Shown here: piece by piece, positions 11,103 to 24,799 of the stretch | Layout: each line of letters starts with the position of its first letter | How positions within the stretch are numbered: the first letter of the stretch is position 1 | Assembly: GCF_001949145.1 (NCBI RefSeq) | Contig: NW_019091400.1 | Coordinates: 186,001-248,000, forward strand | Length of the DNA stretch: 62,000 nucleotides | Source: Acanthaster planci | Lineage: Eukaryota | Direction of reading: 5' to 3' | Translations under genes and position numbers: made by a program | Notes under the pieces: model-generated | What the model was told of the DNA's origin: nothing | The model's database searches: none | Seen by the model: the letters and a program-made list of their open reading frames with translations, nothing else

Positions 11103-11962
11103 NNNNNNNNNNNNNNNNNNNNNNNNNNNNNNNNNNNNNNNNNNNNNNNNNNNNNNNNNNNNNNNNNNNNNNNNNNNNNNNNNNNNNNNNNNNNNNNNNN
11201 NNNNNNNNNNNNNNNNNNNNNNNNNNNNNNNNNNNNNNNNNNNNNNNNNNNNNNNNNNNNNNNNNNNNNNNNNNNNNNNNNNNNNNNNNNNNNNNNNNNN
11301 NNNNNNNNNNNNNNNNNNNNNNNNNNNNNNNNNNNNNNNNNNNNNNNNNNNNNNNNNNNNNNNNNNNNNNNNNNNNNNNNNNNNNNNNNNNNNNNNNNNN
11401 NNNNNNNNNNNNNNNNNNNNNNNNNNNNNNNNNNNNNNNNNNNNNNNNNNNNNNNNNNNNNNNNNNNNNNNNNNNNNNNNNNNNNNNNNNNNNNNNNNNN
11501 NNNNNNNNNNNNNNNNNNNNNNNNNNNNNNNNNNNNNNNNNNNNNNNNNNNNNNNNNNNNNNNNNNNNNNNNNNNNNNNNNNNNNNNNNNNNNNNNNNNN
11601 NNNNNNNNNNNNNNNNNNNNNNNNNNNNNNNNNNNNNNNNNNNNNNNNNNNNNNNNNNNNNNNNNNNNNNNNNNNNNNNNNNNNNNNNNNNNNNNNNNNN
11701 NNNNNNNNNNNNNNNNNNNNNNNNNNNNNNNNNNNNNNNNNNNNNNNNNNNNNNNNNNNNNNNNNNNNNNNNNNNNNNNNNNNNNNNNNNNNNNNNNNNN
11801 NNNNNNNNNNNNNNNNNNNNNNNNNNNNNNNNNNNNNNNNNNNNNNNNNNNNNNNNNNNNNNNNNNNNNNNNNNNNNNNNNNNNNNNNNNNNNNNNNNNN
11901 NNNNNNNNNNNNNNNNNNNNNNNNNNNNNNNNNNNNNNNNNNNNNNNNNNNNNNNNNNNNNN
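11103..11962. other. Assembly gap (N run)
   Basis: Run of n. Confidence 1.
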
Positions 11963-12516
11963 TGTTATGGCCAGTTACTGGTAGGTCGTCTGCTGTTGAT
12001 TGCCCAGTGCAACAGAGTGCGTCAGACTAGTACACCCAATGCACTGCACGGGATCGGTAGCATTGGAGTTACTGCTGGACTGGCCTGGGGCCTGCATGCC
12101 CAGCGTCAAGTCATGTGATTGTTTACGTGCAGGAAAGTCACGTTGCAACTTGTGCCGTGCCAGCGTGATGCAACAGTTTGCATTTCACAGCCATTGGTGG
12201 GGTCGTTGAATCATGACCTTCAACATGGCTGCCATCATACATACAGCATTTGCACATACTGTACCTGTGCACGTTACCAGAGCCTTTAGATAGACCCACG
12301 CTGTTACTCTCTGTTTACCAGGCAGTGGTGTAGTTTTGTCTTAGACACTTACATTACATTTCCAGTTGTAGATCCTGGGGTGAAGCGCAACAGCCCTGTC
12401 CCCCCCCCCCCCGGTAAAAAAGGAGCCAAAATATGTTAAGTAATTGAAGGTTATTTTCTTGGCTCTGTCTTTAGTTCTCTTTCCCCGTGCGTAAAAAAGT
12501 CCCAGAATGTAGTCTT

Positions 12517-12615
12517 GGTCCACAGAAAGGCCATAAATGGCCACATGACGGTCCACAGAAAGGCCATAAATGGCCACATGACGGTCCACAGAAAGGCCAT
12601 AAATGGCCACATGAC
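12517..12615. repeat. Perfect 33-bp minisatellite x3
   Basis: ggtccacagaaaggccataaatggccacatgac at 12517, 12550 and 12583. Confidence 0.95.
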
Positions 12616-12767
12616 CGCAAACATTTGGAAAACTTGTACCCCTTCCCAAACCAGCAAAGACACCCCCAAAGGTCTTGATTTATCCTGTTATACTTGAAAC
12701 TTTCAAACTCATTTAGGTTATCTTGTCATTTTGGTGATTGTTAGATATGGAAATGCCTTGTTGACAG

Positions 12768-13309
12768 ATGTAATGTACTGCAATGGATGCCCATGCCGAG
12801 GCTGGCTAACTTATCCCACGTCATGGAGTGAGTAGACTGACCAGGGATGAAATCTTCAATTCTGCAAATGCATGCTAGCTATGTCATGAATGGTAGCAGG
12901 TAAGAACGTCATTAGATTCCTGACATCTCACCTGTAGCACCAGTATTGAAAAAACTGATAATTTGAGTATAAAATCTTGACACAAAGCCAAATAAGATAT
13001 AAGACCAATATTTCACTTCTTGGTATCTTTTGAGTCATTTTGTTGTAAATATATATAAGTTTCAAACAGTTGCCCCCCAATAAAGTTCGATTCTGGATCT
13101 GCTCTTTTTTGGAAACCTTCACTCAAAAGCGTTTCATTTAAAAAATGTTATCTTTACTTGTCATGATGTTGACTTTTTCCTGTTGTCAGGTGAATGCACC
13201 GGTACTGCTGAGGCTCGCTAACATATCCCGCATTCTGGTGTGACTGGAATGACCAGCGATGACATCTCTGATGTTGAAAACGCAGGCCTTACATCATGAA
13301 TGGTAGACG
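12768..13309 (+). ncRNA. Two paralogous exon-like units (12768-12899, 13190-13309); possible lncRNA or dead-gene exons
   Basis: Each has a YAG acceptor and a GTAAGA donor; the bodies are homologous; stops in all three frames. Confidence 0.35.
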
Positions 13310-13416
13310 GTAAGAGTGTCATGTTATTTATGTCAGCTTTTGGCCAGTAAATAATTAATAGACACATCACAGAAATGTATCACCTTTTTGGGGGGGAACC
13401 CTACCGGTACATTTAA

Positions 13417-13570
13417 AGGTACAGTCCATCATTTGTCCGATCCTTTGTGGATTATGTTCCTTTCAGGCAAGAAAAGTACTCAAAAATGTAAAGGGTGCCT
13501 TAGAACAAACCTGAAGTTTCTGCTCAGTAAATGATGTATATTCCAGGAAAAACAACATTGTAGGATCATG
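13417..13570 (+). mobile_element. Kolobok-like DNA transposon end
   Basis: TTAA|AGGTACAGTCCATCATTTG...; homologous to the reverse complement of 21030-21196. Confidence 0.55.
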
Positions 13571-15527
13571 ATTTGCCGTGTGATGTGTTAGATTGCACCT
13601 GCATTCAACGGCCAGGATGCATTCTCATATTCAATCAAGTGCAGCTGTGCGATGTCATGCACTGAACCAATGAATTGTACATTAAGTAACGTGAGTCATG
13701 TCACAATGCTTGCACACGTTTCAACTGGAAACTTTCAAAATACATACTTAAACACTCAGTCTTTGGAAACGACCTTCTTTCATTGTTTCTTTATAAAGAC
13801 AGCTTGCCAGAATGACGGATTTCAGAAATTATTCAAGTCAGATTGAACAGGTTTTTCCTCCTTGACATCTCACTTTTAACCACTCGCTGCTGGGCGACCC
13901 GTTTTCGAGTACATAGGCTTTATATGCAGAGCCGGGGAGCCTGGAACTGGGACAAAAGAGTTGGGTCTTATAACAAAAGACCGTGCTCAGCACAAAAGAC
14001 TGAGCAGCTGGGCATCACCGACACTTTTTTGCTCTCAATAGTGGAGATAATCCAGCCTTGTTTTGAAACAGTATACCACGGTTTGAGGCAGTTAGAGCGA
14101 GCGGATTACCTCCAGGGACAAAAGCTCTCCACCACCGCAGCGATGAGCCACACAGCACTGCTGCACGCTAATCTGGCCCCAATTGAAAAGAGGTCAGCAG
14201 TGCACTGTGCCAGTTTCGGGAACAAAAGAATTTTACGTAACACCGCACAATCTGGGCTCTTTTTCCAAGGCTGCAGGCCTGGCTGAAATATTCAGGAGTG
14301 AATAAATTTTACTTGTCAGCTTTAGAGTAGTGCCCAAAGAGTCCTTCGTATTGGTATAAACGGCAATTAAATGAAATAATGAATTTTTGAAGAATTTTGA
14401 AAACGGAAAATCTTGAAAATGAGCCGGCGTCTTGTCTTGCTCAAGAAAAATCCACCCGGCAGCTAGTGGTTAACAGTGACCCCAATACTGATAAAGATGT
14501 GGTCATTTGAATACAAAAGGACACAGATTCTGTTGGTGAACTTTGACCTATCCGCCTTGAGCAGAAGCACCCCCGCATCAGCTGAAAAGAGCCATGCTGG
14601 TGGGAAGTGCTCACTTTGTTGGTAGCAATGCAATTGTAACGTGCATTTCATATTTGTTTGTAAGCCAGCAAAGTGCAGTTCCCACCAAAGGAACCTGCTT
14701 TGCAAGGAAAACTGCGCCTTCTCTTGGACCTGCTCAGGCCTCATACCCATAAAAGATGTGTATTTTTTCTCAGAAACGTCTGTTCCCACTGTAGCTGAGC
14801 TCATTCTTTTGTGATTGATTCCTTCCCCAGACCTCATATGAAAGCTGTGCATATGGCCTAGGAGAACCAGACAATGGTGCTGATGAGAAGAGCACCCTCG
14901 CCTCCTACAACAAGGAGAGAAACAAGATGGAGGGCAAGATACATTCAAACCCTGTTAATAAGAACATTGTAAATACAACATTTTGCTTTTAACAAGGAAA
15001 ATTTTAGGTCCCAATCATTCTTCATTGTTTTCTTTCCTGATAGTACAAGGTTCATGTTATAACAAGTTAATCTGCTAACTCTGAAGGGCCTCGTATTAAC
15101 GAGGTTCAACTGCACTCCCCCTCACCCCACAGATTTACGCCCCTGCCACCCTATGATGGAGCAATTCTATATGTGTTTGTATATTAGTGGGAAAAAGTTC
15201 CATACACAGCCATCACTTGACACCCTATATACAAACCCTATGAGGCAGGGCCAGGAAATTCTAAGCAGTAAAACTCTTCATTGTTTTCCCTGCTAAATTT
15301 GAATTTTTAGGACCGTACTGCTTCCCAATTGTCACATTTACAAACATGTTCCATTGCAGGCAGAAATTAGCGATGTATCAGTGTATGGAAACTCTTTCCA
15401 CAGTACTTTCATCCAAATTCATTACTGAAAAGGATATTTTCCTGTTTAACGTAACTTGGTCATATTGCATTTCAACAACCATTCTCTCTCATATTTGCGC
15501 AAATTTCTTGCTTTAAATTCACTTTCT

Positions 15528-15600
15528 GGGAGTCAGGTTTGCATAGCAGCTTTTTCCTTGTCTTCCACCTCAGCGGCCCAGGTTCGAATCCCACCAAGGC
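15528..15600 (+). mobile_element. tRNA-derived SINE head (truncated)
   Basis: gggagtcaggtttgcatagc...ccttgtcttccacctc followed by B-box GGTTCGAATCC (15581-15591); same family as 15815-15982 and 58849-58982. Confidence 0.6.
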
Positions 15601-15814
15601 CCACAACCTCCCAATAAGTGCTGAATGTTCATTGGATGACTAAAAATAAAAGAATAACGGTAACTTTATTTATTCATTGTACAATTTGTACATGTAAACT
15701 CTATGGGATGATTTTCAATGGGCCGTCATTATCAGCTGATGGCACTGTAGTGATGTGTACATGCATTACTTTTTTCACCCATCTTGGGGGGGGGGAATAA
15801 TGTGAAGTTTTTAA

Positions 15815-15982
15815 AGGTGGGAAGAAAACTCCAGGTAAATAATCATAGAGAAACCCAAGGAATCAAGTAGGGGCCAAAACTCAATCCACACGTCGGTTTG
15901 GGCAAGATTTGATTGTGGATCGCAGAGGTGGAACACTGAGGTGGAGGGCAAGGAAAGTATCATTGTGCCAACCTGTCTCCCC
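15815..15982 (-). mobile_element. tRNA-derived SINE (same family, diverged)
   Basis: Reverse complement starts ggggagacaggttggcacaatgatactttccttgccctccacctc. Confidence 0.55.
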
Positions 15983-16993
15983 AAAATAAAGTCATAACAT
16001 TATCACGATGCTACACATGTACATGTATGATACTTCAAAAACTGTAATTTGTCCTGTCGGTGCTAAATGGTCCTTACTGAAAAATTGCATTTAATGGTCC
16101 TTACCGAAAAATACTATTTTAAACCTGAAATTAAGCAAGAAAATTTCCTAATATTTAAATATGTTGGTCCAAAAAAAAAGTTTAATAAAAGTAAAACAAA
16201 TGTTTTGTGTTTTTCAATGCATTTCCTTCATGCTCAGAGTAAGACCCTGAAAGTATTTTCACAAATTTTATTTTTGCTGCATTGACCTTTTAGCACTGAC
16301 CTGACAAATTGTACCATAAAATAGTTACCGTTTGGAAAAACTACAGTCTAGGGCACGAGGAAAGTTTATAACTATATTGCATGCTTTTAAGAAGTGAACA
16401 GTGTATTGCAATTTCATATCTCCCCCTTTCCCATTTAGGCAATAAGCATGTACCTGTACCGTACCCATCAACCCTGCTTAGCCAAAACAGTGGCTGTTCA
16501 AAACCTCACTGTAACAGGTTTATCATCCCCTGGAAATGGTTCTATGTGCCTTTGTATTTTCCTGGTGTCTTTTAATTATTAGCCTTTCCAATTTTAATTA
16601 TCACAAAAGTTTTAAATCAGAATTTACAAATTTTAGCTTGCTGTGAAAATACATGTAGGCCTTTTTCTGGGTATATTTATCAAAATTACTATGTATCAGA
16701 ACCACTTCTATTATACAAGGGCCTTTTATGAAATAAATGTTTAAACTAACAGAACTATTCTGTTTAATTCTATTTGTATGTAGTACTTTGCCACTTAGCC
16801 CCTTCTCCTAATCTCAACCATTTCACACTACCAGAGTTACATCCGTTTCCCATCTTCAGATTTTACATTGCAGCCGCATTCTAAGCCCTGCCAGTTTAAA
16901 ACATCTTCCAAGCTCCTCATATAAAGTTCCCTCATGGAGCCTTTTCAGTATTAATCCTATATGGGCTACAATAAACCCACTGGCAATATGGAA

Positions 16994-17165
16994 NNNNNNN
17001 NNNNNNNNNNNNNNNNNNNNNNNNNNNNNNNNNNNNNNNNNNNNNNNNNNNNNNNNNNNNNNNNNNNNNNNNNNNNNNNNNNNNNNNNNNNNNNNNNNNN
17101 NNNNNNNNNNNNNNNNNNNNNNNNNNNNNNNNNNNNNNNNNNNNNNNNNNNNNNNNNNNNNNNNN
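16994..17165. other. Assembly gap (N run)
   Basis: Run of n. Confidence 1.
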
Positions 17166-17204
17166 AAACCCAAGTGGGCAATCACAAATTTTGTTAAAAA
17201 ACTA

Positions 17205-17239
<35 letters not shown>

Positions 17240-20200
17240 TCCTTTTCCAGGGACCCCAGGTTTTGAACCGGGATCCCTTGGCCTGGCAGCCAGCTAGCTA
17301 ACCACCAGGCCACAGGCCTCTTGATATAAAAATGATTCGGAACATATATTTAAAGGTTAGGATTGCGCAACTTCGAAAAAAGGCAGAGACATAGCTCATC
17401 TGCATAAATTTAAATAAATGCTGAATATGCAGACATAGGGAAGCAACAGCATACCAATGCAGGTAGAAACGGACTGATAAATACAGACTTTGATGTGTTT
17501 CAGTTTAATATAAATTCATATGTCAAACAAGTAGGTACAAGCACTTCTTTACGAACAGCTTCAAAATAAATTATTTGATATTATTTACATGTATCCGTCA
17601 CAAAAACAATTGGCATAAAGATTTTGCAGGCATGGAAATTTCTTTCAATCAGAGGCATCTCTAAGAAAATTTGGTAGTAACAAGTCTCTTGTTCAAGCTA
17701 CCAGTGACTTGGAACATGAGAGGAATTTACACTGCAATCACACTCAGGAGAACAAAATTGAAAGTTTCGAGAAATAACCAGCTATTTCAAGCTTCCTCAA
17801 AATTTCAAAAGAGTTCTATTCTATCTACATCTATACACAGCAGCAAAAGGCATAATTATGAATTTGTGCAGTCACAAACAATTTGACAGATTTTGAATGT
17901 ACAACTTTGAATGCACAACTGATTTTTTTAAAAACTGAATGATAACTTTTGAAAACCAAGTTGACGTTTGCATAAAACCTTCAATATGCATCCTCTTTTT
18001 CTCAGTTAACCCGATTTCTGGATTTTCTTTCACTTTTTGAAAAGGTATTTACTGCCTTTTAGGTCATTATGCTAATGAATAATTTCCATATTCATAGCAA
18101 AATTGTGATGTCATCCCAGGAAGAAAGTCCTTGTGTTACATTGGTTCGTATTCAGAAGAAGTCCCTCATTTTTGTAGATTTTGCTGGACAACATTTTCAC
18201 TTCGTTGCTGATTCATTGTCGTTTTTGTTCATAGCAATAAGCAAGCATTAATCCCTTTATCAGAAATGTTAAAAAACTTATGTGCTGAAATACCAGTATG
18301 TCTTCCCTAGGCTCCATAGCAATAGCCCCTCAGTTGTCAAGGAAAGCTTGAATAATTTTTAAGCATTAAAAAGGTGCACTTTTCAATGTGAGTAACCAAA
18401 TAGGAATGTAAAAACACATCAAACAAGTGTAAGTTAAAAAAATTGTTGTGAAGAAAATTGCATTGCAGCTAAATACTTTTATTTCTTTCTCCAGAGACAA
18501 AAATATACCCTTGACACCAAACACTATGAACGTCTAACAAAAGAAGCAGGTTGCAGTAACAGTGAACGCTTATACATGTAGTAAGTGCAATGCGTTTCTT
18601 TTGTTGGATGTTCATAGCGAAAACTACGGCAACATTTGTTTTTTTTCTTAGACTAAAAAACATCTACACTCCCTGTTTCAAGTGTGAACACTGTTAACTG
18701 TGTCAAGACAAATGCTGTACAATTTTGAGCTTCAGAGCACCCCATTTGCACGAGCCATGTTTGTGAGGTGAATCCCCTCCAAGTACCACGGTAGACAGGA
18801 ACCACTTCACCCTGCTTGAAACGCTAATGTTCTCTTGCCTGCACGGATGAGAAAATATTGTTGGCAATGGTCTCTTTAGTTCATAACGTTACATGTAGTA
18901 CAAAGTACATGTTATGCACAAGGAAGACTTCAAATAAATTGGCTTTAATACTTCAAAGCATGGAGGAAGGACACAGGAGTTGTAACTCACGCATTTCAAA
19001 GCGTCCAATGATGGTTGTTGCCACGTCTGACGAATAATAGAAAACATTCCAAAAATGCCTTATTGCTGCCTACATCTTAGCCAGACAAGCGGGGCTAGTA
19101 ATATCCTGGTGATACTTGTAATTTTTGCTTGCAATTAAATACAAACTATCGATGTGACCAGGAAATAGAGAGAGAAAAATTCCTGATATTAGACCTACTT
19201 TTGCCATAGTAAATAAACTTTTTAAATTTTGACACACTGTTTCATTATCCATGCAAAGTTTGTAATTCTAGTCTCCCCTGTCCAATACATCAGTGTTCAA
19301 AGACTAGGTACGAATTTGGCTGAGGCTGGCCATCAAAATCTTCACTACTTCTGGAAAGCTCAGTTCATTAGGAACAAAATGCGCCATTTCATCACAGGGA
19401 GTGATCATGAAATCTCATAAAATACGCCTTTTTACAAATGCCATAATAAAAATAATTCATACAAAATACAAAATCCTAGTAACAGCTTGGCTATTTACTC
19501 CAAAAATAAGTGCAGAAGAAAGTGTTTGATAAGGGCAACAACTGCACATGAACACTTCAGGTACACAGCCTAGTAAAAGCAACTACGCAAGCACTAAATT
19601 TGATGTTGTTGTCGGATCATATCAAGCACCAACGATGGCATTAATACTCAACTTCCTATTCTGCAGCACACAACGTTTTGGGGATGCAGATTACCAATGA
19701 AAAATTGTGGCGACGATCATAGGGTACAAAGAAGGCTTATAGTTGCAAAACAGGTGGTGAGTAGCAGGCGTGCGCTGCGCTCTGGCTATGGACATACCGG
19801 GTATGCAAGAAAGCGGTAATTGGCCAGATGTTATAGCCCGGGAAGTTCAAACTCCTGTGTCCTTCCTCCATGTTCAAAGTTATGTCACCTTGATTTAAAA
19901 AAAAAAATTGGAACTGAGGCTTTACCTGCAATTGAGAGCTATGCAATCGCACGTATGAAGCCAAACCACGGTTCACAACCACGCACAATGCATGACATCT
20001 AGATGCTCAATCAACCATAAAAACTTCCTGTGCGAAATTAGGCTCCTATAACATTCAGGCTTTATTTTCCTTTAAAAAAAAACCTCCCTGCCCACAATTT
20101 TGACCCAGGATTCGAACCCACACCCCATGCATCACAAACCATTATGCTGTAACCGCTTGACTACCGCAATTCACATAGGTTGACGGTTTTGTTACTGTTG

Positions 20201-21029
20201 ATATACCGATGAACGGCTGCAATACACACTGGGCATGCGCAATACAAACACAACCACAGTGGTTTGGCTTCATATGTATGGTTGCATATATATCTTGCAA
20301 TTGAAGTGAAATAGTCAGGCTCCTTCTGATTTTAGAGAGGATGATAAATGAAGTGAATCCGGGTAACAAAATCCAAAATGGCCATCTTGTGAATAAAGGC
20401 CACTGAATAAATGATCCACATACTGGTTAAGTTGTTTAAAGAAGAATCAGTATATTAACTTTCAACCAATTCTTTTTTTTTCAAATATCCAACTAACGAT
20501 TTCAAAGAATTTACGGAGCACGTGCTCTGGGAGCACATGATTGTCTTGAAGGAGTTATATTTTTGGAGTGATTTAAACAACTGTGCCAACTTGTTGAAAC
20601 TATATTTTTGAAATTGGCTAATTTTCTGGAATGTTCATGTCAAACCTCAGCCTGGCTACAAGTGCAGTATTACACATTTCTGTTAAAGGTGCAGTTATCA
20701 ACCCAAGGAAACTGGTGCAGTTGGCCATCGTGGAACTAAACCCGTTGTGAAATTATTCTTTCTGGCGAGCTGTCATTTTGGAGAAAACAATGACAGAAGG
20801 CAGTTTTGGAGAAGGCAGTTTCAGAAAATGCATCTGAAGACACATTTTGGAAAATTACCACTGGAAATGTGGAAGCCTTGACAACACAAGCGTGCATCAA
20901 CTACACAATATAAATCATTAGCTCAGTGTGTAATACTGCATAGCTGCATTTGAGTGAACGTGAGAATGGGTCCCTGAGGCTAAAATTCCAGCGCAATTCA
21001 AACACAACTCAGCAACTTTTGATTTGAAA

Positions 21030-21196
21030 TCCAAATCCTAGAATATTTTTTTTCCTTCAGAATCTATAGTATTCTACGAGATGAAACTTCATCAGGTTTG
21101 TTCTTTGAAACCTGTCTTTGGATTTTGAGTACTTTTGTTGCCCCAAAGAACACGATCCACAAGGACTGGATAATCCGCAAATGATGGACTGTGCCT
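21030..21196 (-). mobile_element. Kolobok-like DNA transposon end (inverted relative to 13417)
   Basis: ...caaatgatggactgtgcct|tcaa; reverse complement aggcacagtccatcatttg. Confidence 0.55.
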
Positions 21197-21543
21197 TCAA
21201 CACATGAGAGGTTATTATTAATATTCACAATATCAAATGTACATGTAGAGTTTGCATAACATTTCTGATGTTTTTAGTAGAAATCATCAGGGCTCACCTA
21301 CATATATGCTCCTTCAGCCAGTCAATGGCATCTCCATGAAAGCAGGTCACAGTAAACAAAGTGCTGGAATACAAGAAGAATCAAGTTCGTGAAATCGTTG
21401 TCAATCGTGTTCACAATGCTTGCAAATGACTACACAAGACATTTTAGCTCATATGCAAAATTTACTGGAGGTGTTTATAAACTCAAACTCTAAAAGACCA
21501 ACACCCTACTGGGTATAAAATCTCTCCATGAAAGTGCATAGAT

Positions 21544-21850
21544 CTAGGATTGGTCACTCAAGCCTGGATGGTTAAAGGCTCGGGTCAACCTGCTGGTGCA
21601 TGTTGCTGAGACTAGAACTAAGATTGGTCACTCAAGCTTGGGTGATTAAAGGCTCAAATCCACTTATTGGTTTATGTTGCTGAGAATACAGCTAGGACTG
21701 GTCACTGAAGCCCGGATGGTTAGAGACTCAAGTTCACCTGCTGGTTCAAGTTCCCGAGATGACATTGTAGAGCTAGGATTGCTGATACTGAAAGCTAGGA
21801 TTGGTCACCTTGGTGGTTTCAGATTCTCAGTCCACCTGCTGGTTTGAGCT
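21544..21850. repeat. Degenerate 74-bp minisatellite (~4 units)
   Basis: Units start ctaggattggtcactcaag at 21544, 21618 and 21692; partial units follow. Confidence 0.85.
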
Positions 21851-22171
21851 TGTGTCTACGAGTAAGACATTTCACCAATGCTGTAATAACAGCATGAGGG
21901 ATGGGGAGCTCTGGAGATGGAGAAGAAGAAATCGAAATGGGTAAATACGTGATGCAGAATTTTACCTGTAAAATAATTGGGTAAAAATACGCCATTAAAA
22001 CAATTAATCCCAACTTATCCCCATTAGTCGCCAGATGACGTGTAAATACATACAATTTTCCTTTAGTTTGTTCAGCGGAAGATGTGTACACTCACTAGGA
22101 ATTCCTTAATCTCATTCCTGAAGTTGACTTATTAACGCGTCATGAAGTTGTAAGGAAAACCTGCCCCTAGC

Positions 22172-22649
22172 NNNNNNNNNNNNNNNNNNNNNNNNNNNNN
22201 NNNNNNNNNNNNNNNNNNNNNNNNNNNNNNNNNNNNNNNNNNNNNNNNNNNNNNNNNNNNNNNNNNNNNNNNNNNNNNNNNNNNNNNNNNNNNNNNNNNN
22301 NNNNNNNNNNNNNNNNNNNNNNNNNNNNNNNNNNNNNNNNNNNNNNNNNNNNNNNNNNNNNNNNNNNNNNNNNNNNNNNNNNNNNNNNNNNNNNNNNNNN
22401 NNNNNNNNNNNNNNNNNNNNNNNNNNNNNNNNNNNNNNNNNNNNNNNNNNNNNNNNNNNNNNNNNNNNNNNNNNNNNNNNNNNNNNNNNNNNNNNNNNNN
22501 NNNNNNNNNNNNNNNNNNNNNNNNNNNNNNNNNNNNNNNNNNNNNNNNNNNNNNNNNNNNNNNNNNNNNNNNNNNNNNNNNNNNNNNNNNNNNNNNNNNN
22601 NNNNNNNNNNNNNNNNNNNNNNNNNNNNNNNNNNNNNNNNNNNNNNNNN
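22172..22649. other. Assembly gap (N run)
   Basis: Run of n. Confidence 1.
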
Positions 22650-23066
22650 GGTAGGGGGCACGCTTACTGTTCCTCAGATGGAAAATTTGCTCAACTTATT
22701 GACATAACAAGGGAAAACTCAATGCGTGCACAACAGTTAGCAAACTGACCATTAAAAAGGTTAACAAAATTTTCTGATAGAATAAGCACACCTTTAAAGC
22801 AGCACCACAGACCTTTAAATCATGCTGCCATGTTTGTCTTGTTCCCTTTTGACCTACTGGCAATATTAATACAAATTCACATACTGATAACAGGGATTAG
22901 ACTACTTTTCCTTCCAGCCTCAATTTGGTTACAGAAAAATGAAATGACTGCCCCATGAGAGAGGTCTATGAAACTAGGCCCGGATCTTAGGAGTAGAGTG
23001 CTTTCAAGTACACTGTACTTATACCCGCTGCTTCACCTGACTCAGACCAGCCAGCCGACCCTAGCA

Positions 23067-23225
23067 AGCTCGGTGGTCGAGTGATTAAGACGTCTGCACT
23101 AGTAAGCAGGACGTTGTGGGTTCGAGTCCAACCTGAGTAAGCTTGTGAATTTTTTTGCAAGCTCTAAGACAAGCACTGAGCATTCAGTGTTTATCAATAT
23201 ATACGTTGGCTAAGGGCAAACCCCG
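23067..23225 (+). mobile_element. tRNA-derived SINE
   Basis: A-box-like tggtcgagtga and B-box ggttcgagtcc, followed by a non-tRNA body. Confidence 0.65.
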
Positions 23226-24799
23226 TTATATAAAATTAACATCTCCCCAACGCAAAAATACATCTTGAAAATACACTGTACTTAACAAAGAAAAAATAAA
23301 TGGCAAGGGTTAGTGCGGCAGAGAACACTTGACAGCCTAACATGATAGGGGCAGGGGTGTGCATATCAGAGAGCCAGTGAACATGGGTCAGCATACATTA
23401 CATGTAGTCAGACCATGCTGGACAGCTGACTATACACGTACAATCATACTATTTCAACACAAACACCAAGTATTCATCTCCTGACAAATCACAAAGCTCC
23501 TTGTTGCCATCTTTGTTCAATTCTCATCCTACAGGAACTACTTTCAAATTTGGGGTGAGAGTGGAGGAACTTGAAATATCAATAAAATAATCACTAGAGG
23601 TTTAAAGTGCCCTACAGCAGTGTAGGGTCTGTGTGTTTGCCTTAAAACAACCATTTCTTGTTTTTTACATGTACTTTTACGTGCAAAAACACTCTAATGT
23701 TAAACTCAAGATTTTCCAAATTTTAAGAGATTTTTTGAAAACTCCTGAAATCAGGAAAATCCTGATGACAAAATATGAAATCAGAAACAATCTTGACAAA
23801 TCTCACCCCTTCAAATTGCAGTGTGCCTCTGTGCAACGCTTTGTGATTGCAACAGGTTCCGTACAGTGCCAGCATCCGGACATTCACTAGTCATGCTAGT
23901 ACTGCAGACAGAGAGGTAGACGAGTCAGGATACTCACTCATGTCACACATACAGTCAGGCATCAGTGTTGTGAATGCGACAAGAAATTCAAGATGTGGAC
24001 ATTAACCTTTGCTGCTCAGGACAGAATTTCCTTCAATTATGAACCTCAGCTTGGCATTATTGAGGCTCAAGATACAATCAAGTGTCTTCATAACTCATCG
24101 GTTGCATCACGGAATGACATGTAACATCCAAACTTTGTACATTTGTAAGGATAATTCATAACAGGCATCCATGAGAAATAGATCAAATCTCTGAATTAAA
24201 TAATGTACAAATAAATCAAGTATACAAATAACCATAAAAATAATAAAAATTAAAACACATCCCAAACTTAAATCTTAAAACACCAGTACTTGAAGAAGAG
24301 TGGAAAGAGTTGGACATGCATGTACAGACAAACAGGGCTCTGTAGAGAAACACAAAAAAAGGGGGTGGGGGGGATAGGGAACGAAGGAGGAAAGGCAAAA
24401 GGATGAACAGTACATGTACATGGAAGATGGGTGTGTGAACAAAGAGTTGAGGCAAGGGGGACAAAACACAAGGGATAAACACTGGGGAGACCAGCGAGGG
24501 CAAAGATCAAAGGAAACAGAATTCAAAGTTGAATAGTGGAATTGTGAGGGCCAAAAAGGGATTAAAGGGATGGAAAAAAAATCTGGAGTAATGGTATCAC
24601 TCTAGAAAGGAATCATAGGGCTGCATGAACACAAAGTACAAAATATATAAATAAAAAATAAATACCATTAACCCCAAAAGAGTCCTCAACATTTTTCTGC
24701 TTTATTCAAAGTGTATTTTCTTAGGAACCGACTTTAACCCAATGTAAATCCGGGTCATAAGACAAATAAAACAAATACAAAATAAAGCTGGTAAAAGTA

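Noticed and set aside
12341..12697. Repeat-containing ORFs on both strands
   Set aside because: Open only because the 33-bp minisatellite lacks stops; the units are contiguous with no spacers
12768..13309. Selenoprotein reading of the aligned TGA codons in the duplicated units
   Set aside because: The same frame also reaches TAG in the second unit, and no SECIS was seen
17250..17320. tRNA-like sequences (also ~20100-20165, 15528-15600, 23067-23135)
   Set aside because: A/B-box remnants without an intact cloverleaf; interpreted as SINE heads, not tRNA genes
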